A DNA stretch of 64,000 nucleotides, from positions 44,394,001-44,458,000 of the forward strand of contig OZ249436.1 in assembly GCA_965235115.1 (NCBI GenBank). The letters are read 5' to 3'. The notes beneath the pieces were generated by a model. The model was not told where the DNA came from, made no database searches, and saw only the letters and a list, made by a program, of their open reading frames with translations. Origin of the DNA: Laetmonice hystrix (Eukaryota). Position numbers and translations under genes: made by a program. Positions 23,070 to 35,143 of this stretch are shown here, piece after piece; the first letter of the stretch is position 1, and each line of letters begins with the position of its first letter.

Positions 23070-26000
23070 TGACACCTTACCTGGCACTTCCCAAACACCA
23101 CTGCCTATTACAGATGTGTCGGGAAGTGTCTGCCTTGAACGTAACTCTACTCAAACTCAATATCAGAAAGGACATGTCACCCCGGGGATGGGATCCATCG
23201 TGGTCTCGCCACGACATGACTAGTTATTATACCTGTTGTAGTTGTAGTAGTAGTAGTAGTTAACAATGGTCGATTTCTCAGTTGTTTCTTAAGCTATCGT
23301 AATGAAATTTGGTGGGACTCTTGCTCATGGGCATAGCAACTCATTTTTTTATGCATGACGTCATATGACGTAACGTCATAGAGTTATGACGTAATCAAAA
23401 ATTGGGGAAAATACCTTATTTCTAGAGTCCCTGGAGGAGCAGAACAAAATTTATTCATATCGTGGACCTTATCACTTAAGTGCCCATAACTTTGTTACTA
23501 CATTTGACCCCTGACCTTTAACCTTCTTGATATGTAAGTCATATGTCAAAAAGTGACAAAATTGTTTCACGCCCCACATTTTTGGTCGAATCGACCCTAA
23601 ATTGATTTCAGGAAATCTCCATGGGGACCTTCAACGGGGTTCTTTAGGATAAAGCGCTGTGAACTATTTTAAGGGTACCACGTGGCATTGAAGTTGGGGT
23701 CATGGCCGTTTTCAGAAACAATTGGCTGTAACTTCTAAACGGCGAAAGATGGAGCCTTGGTTACTATTGAACATGAATAGGAAGTCATATATGCTCTTTA
23801 TTATATAATTTTTTGAGGTCACGTGACTATTTTTAAAAATTAGGGGGGGGAATAAAAAAAATGAAAAACATGCCGAGTACCGGGATCGATCCCAGGACCT
23901 CTCCGATGCGAGTCGAACACTCTTGACCATCGCCACGCAATTCTGACACGTGATTAGAGGATTGAACTTGTACTGATTACCAAAGGATATTTTGTAATTG
24001 CATTCAAATTGACCAATCCAAGATTTTTTAATAGGTCAAATGTCTGTGACACCAAGATGGCTTCTCTAAAATCAATAGTTTTCATGTTATGGAATCTGAG
24101 AGGTGGCTTGGCACGACAGTTTCCCAGTGTGTACTGCATCAGGGTTCACAACGTCTTGACAAGTGGTGATAACCAGGGGGATGGGATCCCTGTATTGCTT
24201 CAGCAATCAGTGTTTCTAGTTCTTTGCGTCGTAGTAGTAGTAGTAGTAGTAGTAGTAAACAGTGGCGTCTATCTCAGTCAGTTTTCAAGATATCTCAATC
24301 AAATTTGGCACACATCTTGACCATGACAAGGACTGGTCAGACAATGAGTTGTGACATATCACGTGACGTGACGTATGACGTCACGTCATGACGTTCATAT
24401 TGGGAATTTCCAAACCCCATCATGGCGTTTTAATCAGGCAAGGGTCTAGTCTAACATGGACCCTTCATTTGTCATTTGACCTTGAACTTTGGGAGAACTG
24501 GGTCCTCAGTCACAAATCTCTTAAATCGCTACTCCTTCTTCATTTTTTGGTGAAATTCGACAATATTAGGCAGAAGGACTCTCTAACATGAGCTTGTCTC
24601 AAATCATCAAAAGATAAGCGATTTGACTAATATTCGCTGAATCACGTGACTTTGAAATTTCGAAAAATTGACCATTTTCTAGAACTTGTAAACGGTGCCA
24701 GATTTGGCATTGGTTACTATTAAACACAGATAAGAAGTCATTATGCTCTTTTATGATATTTTTTTTTCAGGTCACGTGACCATTTTTAAAAATTAGAGGG
24801 AAAAAACAAAAAGAAAAAGAAACGTGACTCGGCCTGGGATTGAACGCGGGACCCTTCCGGTAGAAGTCCAAAAAAATAAGTGACTCAGCCTGGGATTGAA
24901 CCGGCGACCCATAGCATGTGAGTCAAGACACTTATCGCCAGTGCTACGCCATCTGACAAGCTAATACTGGATTGAACTGGTACTGATTACCACAGCCAGT
25001 GAACCTATATTTTGTGAGGGCTATAACTTGCTATCACTTGGTATCGTCATCCTTAAGGTCACGTGACCTGTGACGTCGTAAAGATGTCATCGATATTTTC
25101 TAAGGGATATAACTTGTTAATGCTTGAAGTTAGACCCATAGTTACTATTGAACACGAATAGGAAGTCATGTATACTCTTTCGTTTGGCATCATTATTTCT
25201 TAGGTCACGTGACCCATGACATAAAGATGTCATCGATATTTTCTCAGGGTTTTAACTTGTAAATGGTAGGAGTTAGACCCATAGTTAGTATTGAATATAA
25301 ACAGGAAGTCCTCATTATGTTTTTTCAATTGACACCAAGATTTATTCTGTTGTGTGATCTATTACATCCTTATGACGTAACTGAGCCCTTCTAAGGATTG
25401 GTAGAAGCCTGTAACTAGTAAACGGTGCTAGATACACCTATAGTTATTTTTGAACATGAATAGGAAGTCCATTGAGATCAATATTTATGACGTAGCATAA
25501 CGTCATAATGACGTAACTTCCATCTTCTAAGGCTCATAAGTCGTCACGGGTGCAAGATAGTACCATAGTTATCCCTATTCAGAACATGTTACATGGGACA
25601 CCCCGGGGATGGGATCCATTGTGGTACTCCACAACGTATCTAGTTGTAGTTGCCTCAGTATGGTTGGGTGGTGGTGCCTTGGGTGGCCTAATGTGTGTGC
25701 TCATTCACCCAGAACCATCGCCTCACACCACTGCGGTGCGTGCTCGATCCCCGGCCAGGGCTGCATGTGTGAAAGATTCCTTCCCGAAGGCAAGGCGTAC
25801 AACCCCAAATCTGGCTTTTAATGCAAATAGCTAGTAGATTCTAACAAACATTTTTGAAAAAAGAGTTTGATGCTTCTTTAAACTTGCTATCTTATTGCGC
25901 AGATATTATGGACTGGTATATCCCACAAACGGTTTATGTGTGAAAGGGTTGTCAGACAGTTGGTCAACCTACTGTCCCCCTCTTTCCCTTATCGAGAGAT

Positions 26001-26210
26001 TTTGATAAAGAGTTAAAATTAGGAAATGTAAAGTGTCGGCGATGTAACATAGCTTTCTATCAATATCTCGATGGACCTCACTTCGCTCCAACCGATGACA
26101 AAGGACTTATGACGTACTGTACTCCTAATTGATATATATTGGTTGCATTTAATTATCTTGTCATATTAACATTATTTTTTATATCGTTAATAAAAATTCA
26201 GAACATGTGA

Positions 26211-26282
26211 GGGGGTATAGCTCAGTGGCAGAGCATTCGACTGCAGATCGAGAGGTCACCGGTTCAACTCCGGTTGCCCCCT
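26211..26282 (+). tRNA. tRNA-Cys-GCA: tRNA-Cys(GCA)
   Basis: Identical copy. Confidence 0.97.
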
Positions 26283-26706
26283 GAAACTTTTCTCTTATTT
26301 TTGAAAACGTTACATTTATTTATAGATATTAACAATTAAATACCATATGTGACTCTTCAAGATCAAGACCCAGAAACACGTATCAGTGTCTCCATCTATG
26401 TTTGCGGGTTTGGACTTTGTTGCTCATTATGTGTTATGAGATAAACATCCAAACCCGCAATTTGTCCAGACAAAATATTAAAAGACTATATTGCAACAAC
26501 ATTCAAATTATGCCTCCATGTTCCTCTTTATTAATTATACATGGGTCTTCATAAATAACATAATCACTTGGTTTGCAAATATTGATAATATAAAGCTAAG
26601 ACCTGAGTCACTTCTGTTGGAAGTCAAAAGATACTTTATACCATCCCAAGCTCAGCCCCCAAACCTAATAAAAAAATTCCACGCCATCCCGTTCTGCCCT
26701 AACCAG

Positions 26707-26778
26707 TCCTCGATAGTATAGTGGTTAGTATCCCCGCCTGTCACGCGGGAGACCGGGGTTCAATTCCCCGTCGGGGAG
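26707..26778 (+). tRNA. tRNA-Asp-GTC: tRNA-Asp(GTC)
   Basis: Identical copy. Confidence 0.97.
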
Positions 26779-27346
26779 GATTAATTTTTCTTTTCTCGAC
26801 TCTTCCACAAGATGTGACCACGGTGAGGAGGCTATTTGAAAGGAAAACCAGAAATCTCTTGACTTCCAATAGAAGTGGCCCAGGCAGTCTTAGCTTTACT
26901 TCATCAATTATTGACTTTATACACAGGATGTTTAACAATCTTGAGTTGTTTCTTATTTCAATGTTCCTCACAATACAACCAGCGATCCTGTAGCTTAACC
27001 TACCTAGCAACAGGATCGTTGATACAGTAACAATTCCTCGATTGTAGTTCGGCGGTTTCCACCTGGTGTCAGTGTGGGATAAGGTAGGTTCGCCGTGACT
27101 TCCTCAGATGTGGCCCGAGCACACATACACACCATCCCTATCCCCTAACAGATTGACGACTTGGTGACTTAGCTTGGAGATGTCATAGGCTGATGTCATG
27201 AGAGGCGGGCCACGTCCCAGCTATCCCGGCGATCGCCACGCCCTCTGTAGGAGATAGACGAGCTTTAATGGAGTTGGCCCCCTGGTGGCCGAGTGCGCCT
27301 GGTTGGACCACGTGATATCAACGTGGCGATCGAAGCAGAGAATCTA

Positions 27347-27445
<99 letters not shown>

Positions 27446-28005
27446 AACAACAGAAATACTAGAAAATTGATTGTAGTTGCCTCAGTATGGTTGGGTGGTG
27501 GTGCCTTGGGTGGCCTCATGTGTTTGCTCATGACACCCAGGACCATCGCCTCACACCATGTGTGAAAGGTTCCTTCCCGAAGGCAAGGCGTAAAACCCCA
27601 AATCTGGCCTTCAATGCAAAGAGCTAGTGGATTCTAACAAACATTTTTGAAAAAAGAGTTTGATGCTTCTTTAAACTTGCTATCTTATTGCGCAGATATT
27701 ATGGACTGGTATATCCCACAAACGGTTTATGTGTGAAAGGCTTGTCAGACAGTTGGTCAACCTATACTGTCCCCCTCTCTCCCTTATCGAGAGATTTTGA
27801 TAAAGAGTTAAAATTAGGAAATGTAAAGTGTCGGCGATGTAACATAGCTTTCTATCAATATCTCGATGGACCTCACTTCGCTCCAACCGAGGACAAAGGA
27901 CTTATGACGTACTCTACTCCTAATTGATATATTTTGGTTGCATTCAATTATCTTGTCATATTAACATTATTTTTTATATCGTTAATAAAAATACAGAACA
28001 TGTGA

Positions 28006-28077
28006 GGGGGTATAGCTCAGTGGCAGAGCATTCGACTGCAGATCGAGAGGTCACCGGTTCAACTCCGGTTGCCCCCT
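28006..28077 (+). tRNA. tRNA-Cys-GCA: tRNA-Cys(GCA)
   Basis: Identical copy. Confidence 0.97.
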
Positions 28078-28536
28078 GAAGCTTTTCTCGTTTTTGGGGG
28101 GAAACGTTATATTTATTTATAGATAACACTTAAATAGCATATGTGACTCTTCAAGATCAAGACCCAGAAACACGTATCAGTGTCTCCATATATGTTTGTA
28201 GGTTTGGACTTTGTTGCTCATTATGTGTGCATGAGATAAACATCCAAACGCGCAATTTGCCCAGACAAAATATTAAAAGAATATATTGCAACAACATTCA
28301 AATTACTGTATGCCTCCATTTTCCTTCACGATTAGGGCCTAATGTTCCTCTTTATTAATTATACATGGGTCTTCATAAATTACATAATCACTTGGTTTGC
28401 AAATATTGATAAGGTAAAGCTAAAACCTGAGTCACTTCTGTTGGAAGTCAAAAGATACTTTATAGGCCTACCATCCCAAGCTCTACCCCCAAACCTAATA
28501 AAAGAATTCCACACCATCCCGTTTTGCCCTAACCAG

Positions 28537-28608
28537 TCCTCGATAGTATAGTGGTTAGTATCCCCGCCTGTCACGCGGGAGACCGGGGTTCAATTCCCCG
28601 TCGGGGAG
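28537..28608 (+). tRNA. tRNA-Asp-GTC: tRNA-Asp(GTC), terminator-deleted
   Basis: Intact gene followed by GATTTCTCGA with no T4 run. Confidence 0.95.
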
Positions 28609-29150
28609 GATTTCTCGACTCTTCCACAAGTTGTGACCACGGTGAGGAGGCTATTTGAAAGAAAAACCATAAATCTCTTGACTTCCAATAGAAGTGGCCC
28701 AGGCAGTCTTAGCATTACTTCATCAATTATTGACTTTATACACAGGATGTTAAAACAAGAGTTGTTTCTTTATCAATGTTCCTCACAATACAACCAGCGA
28801 TCCTGTAGCTTACCTAGCAACAGGATCGTTGATACAGTAACAATTCCTCGATTGTAGTTCGGCGGTTTCCACCTGGTGTCAGTGTGGGATAAGGTAGGTT
28901 CGCCGTGACTTCCTCAGATGTGGCCCGAGCACACATACACACCATCCCTATCCCCTAACAGATTGACGACTTGGTGACTTAGCTTGGAGATGTCATAGGC
29001 TGATGTCATGAGAGGCGGGCCACGTCCCAGCTATCCCGGCGATCGCCACGCCCTCTGTAGGAGATAGACGAGCTTTAATGGAGTTGGCCCCCTGGTGGCC
29101 GAGTGCGCCTGGTTGGACCACGTGATATCAACGTGGCGATCGAAGCAGAG

Positions 29151-29201
<51 letters not shown>

Positions 29202-29761
29202 AACAACAGAAATACTAGAAAAATGATTGTAGTTGCCTCAGTATGGTTGGGTGGTGGTGCCTTGGGTGGCCTCATGTCTTTGCTCATGACACCCAGGACC
29301 ATCGCCTCACACCATGTGTGAAAGGTTCCTTCCCGAAGGCAAGGCGTAAAACCCCAAATCTGGCCTTCAATGCAAAGTGCTAGTAGATTCTAACAAACAT
29401 TTTTGAAAAGAGAGTTTGATGCTTCTTTAAACTTGCTATCTTATTGCGCAGATATTATGGACTGGTATATCCCACAAACGGTTTATGTGTGAAAGGCTTG
29501 TCAGACAGTTGGTCAACCTATACTGTCCCCCTCTCTCCCTTATCGAGAGATTTTGATAAAGAGTTAAAATTAGGAAATGTAAAGTGTCGGCGATGTAACA
29601 TAGCTTTCTATCAATATCTCGATGGACCTCACTTCGCTCCAACCGAGGACAAAGGACTTATGACGTACTCTACTCCTAATTGATATATTTTGGTTGCATT
29701 CAATTATCTTGTCATATTAACATTATTTTTTATATCGTTAATAAAAATACAGAATATGTGA

Positions 29762-29833
29762 GGGGGTATAGCTCAGTGGCAGAGCATTCGACTGCAGATC
29801 GAGAGGTCACCGGTTCAACTCCGGTTGCCCCCT
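29762..29833 (+). tRNA. tRNA-Cys-GCA: tRNA-Cys(GCA)
   Basis: Identical copy. Confidence 0.97.
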
Positions 29834-30292
29834 GAAGCTTTTCTCGTTTTGGGGGGGAAACGTTATATTTATTTATAGATAACACTTAAAAAGCATATGT
29901 GACTCTTCAAGATCAAGACCCAGAAACACGTATCAGTGTCTCCATATATGTTTGTAGGTTTGGACTTTGTTGCTCATTATGTGTGCATGAGATAAACATC
30001 CAAACCCGCAATTTGCCCAGACAAAATATTAAAAGAATATATTGCAACAACATTCAAATTACTGTATGCCTCCATTTTCCTTCACAATTAGGGCCTAATG
30101 TTCCTCTTTATTAATTATACATGGGTCTTCATAAATAACATAATCACTTGGTTTGCAAATATTGATAAGGTAAAGCTAAGACCTGAGTCACTTCTGTTGG
30201 AAGTCAAAAGATACTTCATAGGTCTACCATCCCAAGCTCTGCCCCAAACCTAATAAAAGAAATTCCACACCATCCCGTTTTGCCCTAACCAG

Positions 30293-30364
30293 TCCTCGAT
30301 AGTATAGTGGTTAGTATCCCCGCCTGTCACGCGGGAGACCGGGGTTCAATTCCCCGTCGGGGAG
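30293..30364 (+). tRNA. tRNA-Asp-GTC: tRNA-Asp(GTC)
   Basis: Identical copy. Confidence 0.97.
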
Positions 30365-31051
30365 GATTTATTTTTCTTTTCTCGACTCTTCCACAAGATG
30401 TGACCACGGTGAGGAGGCTATTTGAAAGAAAAACCAGAAATCTCTTGACTTTCAATAGAAGTGGCCCAGGCAGTCTTAGCTTTACTTCATCAATTATTGA
30501 CTTTATACACAGGATGTTAAAACAAGAGTTGTTTCTTTATCAATGTTCCTCACAATACAACCAGCGATCCTGTAGCTTACCTAGCAACAGGATCGTTGAT
30601 ACAGTAACAATTCCTCGATTGTAGTTCGGCGGTTTCCACCTGGTGTCAGTGTGGGATAAGGTAGGTTCGCCGTGACTTCCTCAGATGTGGCCCGAGCACA
30701 CATACACACCATCCCTATCCCCTAACAGATTGACGACTTGGTGACTTAGCTTGGAGATGTCATTGGCTGATGTCATGAGAGGCGGGCCACGTCCCAGCTA
30801 TCCCGGCGATCGCCACGCCCTCTGTAGGAGATAGACGAGCTTTAATGGAGTTGGCCCCCTGGTGGCCGAGTGCGCCTGGTTGGACCACGTGATATCAACG
30901 TGGCGATCGAAGCAGAGAGCTTAGAAGTGATCGAAGGGAGCAACCTGGGTGAGGAGGTGTGACAGCCCCCCCCCCCCCCCCCCTGAAGGCTTGACGGAAT
31001 GGTAGTCCCTTATAAAACCTGCACTGGCTACACTTTCATTCATACATTTAT

Positions 31052-31089
<38 letters not shown>

Positions 31090-31767
31090 TTTCTCTCTCT
31101 CTCTGTCTCTCTCTGGCTTTCTCTCTCTGCAACAACAACAAAAATACAAGAAAAATGATTGTAGTTGCCTCAGTATGGTTGGGTGGTGGTGCCTTGGGTG
31201 GCCTAATGTGTTTGCTCATGACACCTAGGACCATCGCCTTACACCACTGCGGTGCGTGTTCGATCCCCGGCCAGGGCTGCATGTGTGAAAGGTTTTTCAG
31301 TCAGTTCCTTCCCGAAGGCAAGGCGTAAAACCCCAAATCTGGCCTTCAATGCAAATAGCTAGTAACAAACATTTTTGAAAAAAAGAGTTTGATGTTTCTT
31401 TAAACTTGCTATCTTATTGCGCATATCTCTACACAAGCATCGTAGGCCTATAGGCCTAGATATTATGGACTGGTATATCCCACAAACGGTTTATGTGTGA
31501 AAGGGTTGTCAGACAGTTGGTCAACCTACTGTCGCCCTCTCTCCCTTATCGAGAGATTTTGATAAAGAGTTAAAATTAGGAAATGTAAAGTGTCGGCGAT
31601 GTAACATAGCTTTCTATCAATATCTCGATGGACCTCACTTCGCTCCAACCGAGGACAAAGGACTTATGACGTACTCTACTCCTAATTGATATATTTTGGT
31701 TGCATTCAATTATCTTGTCATATTAACATTATTTTTTATATCGTTAATAAAAATACAGAACATGTGA

Positions 31768-31839
31768 GGGGGTATAGCTCAGTGGCAGAGCATTCGACTG
31801 CAGATCGAGAGGTCACCGGTTCAACTCCGGTTGCCCCCT
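31768..31839 (+). tRNA. tRNA-Cys-GCA: tRNA-Cys(GCA)
   Basis: Identical copy. Confidence 0.97.
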
Positions 31840-32303
31840 GAAGCTTTTCTCCTTTTTTTTGGGGGGGGGGGAACGTTATATTTATTTATAGATAACAATT
31901 AAATAGCATATGTGACTCTTCAAGATCAAGACCCAGAAACACGTATTGATCAGTGTCTCCATATATGTTTGTAGGTTTGGACTTTGTTGTTCATTATGTG
32001 TGCATGAGATAAACATCCAAACCCACAATTTGCCCAGACAAAATATTAAAAGAATATATTGCAACAACATTCAAATTACTGTATGCCTCCATTTTCCTTC
32101 ACAATTAGGGCCTAATGTTCCTCTTTATTAATTATACATGGGTCTTCATAAATAACATAATCACTTGGTTTGCAAATATTGATAAGGTAAAGCTAAGACC
32201 TGAGTCACTTCTGTTGGAAGTCAAAAGATACTTTATACCATCCCAAGCTCTGCCCCCAAACCTAATAAAAAACTTCCACGCCATCCCGTTCTGCCCTAAC
32301 CAG

Positions 32304-32375
32304 TCCTCGATAGTATAGTGGTTAGTATCCCCGCCTGTCACGCGGGAGACCGGGGTTCAATTCCCCGTCGGGGAG
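32304..32375 (+). tRNA. tRNA-Asp-GTC: tRNA-Asp(GTC)
   Basis: Identical copy. Confidence 0.97.
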
Positions 32376-33056
32376 GATTAATTTTTCTTTTCTCGACTCT
32401 TCCACAAGCTGTGACCACGGTGAGGAGGCTATTTGAAAGAAAAAACAGAAATCTCTTGACTTCCAATAGAAGTGGCCCAGGCAGTCTTAGCTTTACTTCA
32501 TCAATTTTTGATTTTATACACAGGATGTTTAACAGGAGTTGTTTCTGATTTCAATGTTCCTCACAATACAACCAGCGATCCTGTAGCTTACCTAGCAACA
32601 GGATCGTTGATACAGTAACAAGTCCTCGATTGTAGTTCGGCGGTTTCCACCTGGTGTCAGTGTGGGATAAGGTAGGTTCGCCGTGACTTCCTCGGATGTG
32701 GCCCGAGCACACATACACACCATCCCTATCCCCTAACAGATTGACGACTTGGTGACTTAGCTTGGAGATGTCATTGGCTGATGTCATGAGAGGCGGGCCA
32801 CGTCCCAGCTATCCCGGCGATCGCCACGCCCTCTGTAGGAGATAGACGAGCTTTAATGGAGTTGGCCCCCTGGTGGCCGAGTGCGCCTGGTTGGACCACG
32901 TGACGTGGCGATCGAAGCAGAGAGCTTAGAAGTGATCGAAGGGAGCAACCTGGGTGAGGAGGTGTGACAGCCCCCCCCCCCTCCCCCCTGCAGGCTCGAC
33001 GCAATGGTAGTCCCTTATAAAACCTGCACTGGCTTTACTTTCATTCATACATTTAT

Positions 33057-33151
<95 letters not shown>

Positions 33152-33820
33152 GTCTCTCTCTCTGGCTTTCTCTCTCTGCAACAACAACAAAAATACAAGA
33201 AAAATGATTGTAGTTGCCTCAGTATGGTTGGGTGTTGGTGCCTTGGATGGCTTAATGTGTTTGCTCATGACACCTAGGACCATCGCCTCACACCACTGCG
33301 GTGCGTGTTCGATCCCCGGCCAGGGCTGCATGTGTGAAAGGTTTTTCAGTCAGTTCCTTCCCGAAGGCAAGGCGTAAAACCCCAAATCTGGCCTTCAATG
33401 CAAATAGCTAGTAACAAACATTTTTTGAAAAAAGAGTTTGATGTTTCTTTAAACTTGCTATCTTATTGCGCATATGCTATCTCTACACAAGCATCGTAGG
33501 CCTATAGGCCTAGATATTATGGACTGGTATATCCCACAAACGGTTTATGTGTGAAAGGGTTGTCACACAGTTGGTCAACCTACTTTCCCCCTCTCTCCCT
33601 TATCGAGAGATTTTGATAAAGAGTTAAAATTAGGAGATGTAAAGTGTCGGCGATGTAACATAGCTTTCTATCAATATCTCGATGGACCTCACTTCGCTCC
33701 AACCGAGGAAAAAGGACTTATGACGTACTCTACTCCTAATTGATATATTTTGGTTGCATTCAATTATCTTGTCATATTAACATTATTTTTATATCGTTAA
33801 TAAAAATACAGAACATGTGA

Positions 33821-33892
33821 GGGGGTATAGCTCAGTGGCAGAGCATTCGACTGCAGATCGAGAGGTCACCGGTTCAACTCCGGTTGCCCCCT
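33821..33892 (+). tRNA. tRNA-Cys-GCA: tRNA-Cys(GCA)
   Basis: Identical copy. Confidence 0.97.
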
Positions 33893-34351
33893 GAAACTTT
33901 TTCTCCTTTTTGGGGGAAACGTTATATTTATTTATAGATAACAATTAAATAGCATATGTGACTCTTCAAGATCAAGACCCAGAAACACGTATCAGTGTCT
34001 CCATATATGTTTGTAGGTTTGGACTTTGTTGCTCATTATGTGTGCATGAGATAAACATCCAAACGCGCAATTTGCCCAGACAAAATATTAAAAGAATATA
34101 TTGCAACAACATTCAAATTACTGTATGCCTCCATTTTCCTTCACGATTAGGGCCTAATGTTCCTCTTTATTAATTATACATGGGTCTTCATAAATTACAT
34201 AATCACTTGGTTTGCAAATATTGATAAGGTAAAGCTAAAACCTGAGTCACTTCTGTTGGAAGTCAAAAGATACTTTATAGGCCTACCATCCCAAGCTCTA
34301 CCCCCAAACCTAATAAAAGAATTCCACACCATCCCGTTTTGCCCTAACCAG

Positions 34352-34423
34352 TCCTCGATAGTATAGTGGTTAGTATCCCCGCCTGTCACGCGGGAGACCG
34401 GGGTTCAATTCCCCGTCGGGGAG
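34352..34423 (+). tRNA. tRNA-Asp-GTC: tRNA-Asp(GTC), terminator-deleted
   Basis: Intact gene followed by GATTTCTCGA. Confidence 0.95.
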
Positions 34424-35093
34424 GATTTCTCGACTCTTCCACAAGTTGTGACCACGGTGAGGAGGCTATTTGAAAGAAAAACCAGAAATCTCTTGACTTT
34501 CAATAGAAGTGGCCCAGGCAGTCTTAGCTTTACTTCATCAATTATTGACTTTATACACAGGATGTTAAAACAAGAGTTGTTTCTTTATCAATGTTCCTCA
34601 CAATACAACCAGCGATCCTGTAGCTTACCTAGCAACAGGATCGTTGATACAGTAACAATTCCTCGATTGTAGTTCGGCGGTTTCCACCTGGTGTCAGTGT
34701 GGGATAAGGTAGGTTCGCCGTGACTTCCTCAGATGTGGCCCGAGCACACATACACACCATCCCTATCCCCTAACAGATTGACGACTTGGTGACTTAGCTT
34801 GGAGATGTCATTGGCTGATGTCATGAGAGGCGGGCCACGTCCCAGCTATCCCGGCGATCGCCACGCCCTCTGTAGGAGATAGACGAGCTTTAATGGAGTT
34901 GGCCCCCTGGTGGCCGAGTGCGCCTGGTTGGACCACGTGATATCAACGTGGCGATCGAAGCAGAGAGCTTAGAAGTGATCGAAGGGAGCAACCTGGGTGA
35001 GGAGGTGTGACAGCCCCCCCCCCCCCCCTGAAGGCTTGACGGAATGGTAGTCCCTTATAAAACCTGCACTGGCTACACTTTCATTCATACATT

Positions 35094-35143
<50 letters not shown>

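Larger units (their letters stand above)
18099..23224 (+). mobile_element. Helentron/DINE-like element 3 (nested)
   Basis: Head TATCCCATCCCCCGTCAGGGGATGGGAT; body 20726-23224 ends GGGGATGGGATCCATCGTGGTCTCGCCACGACATGACTAGT. Confidence 0.8.
18022..24220 (+). mobile_element. Helentron/DINE-like element 2 (nested)
   Basis: Head TATCCCATCCCCCAAGTGGGGGATGGGAT; tail GGGGGATGGGATCC, hairpin ATTGCTTCAGCAAT and CTAGT. Own body is ~23225-24220. Confidence 0.8.
17958..25644 (+). mobile_element. Helentron/DINE-like non-autonomous element 1 (outermost of four nested)
   Basis: Inserted at GAT|TGTAG (TT site). 5' end has subterminal repeat ATCCCATCCCC plus its adjacent inverse. 3' end has GGGGATGGGAT, short hairpin GTGGTACTCCAC and CTAG(T). 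Own sequence is ~17958-18021 plus ~24221-25644. Confidence 0.85.

Noticed and set aside
17958..25644. Autonomous Helitron or LTR-type interpretation of the 7.7-kb insertion
   Set aside because: No Rep/Helicase, RT or integrase ORF; the 2.5-kb direct repeats are adjacent element bodies, not LTRs.
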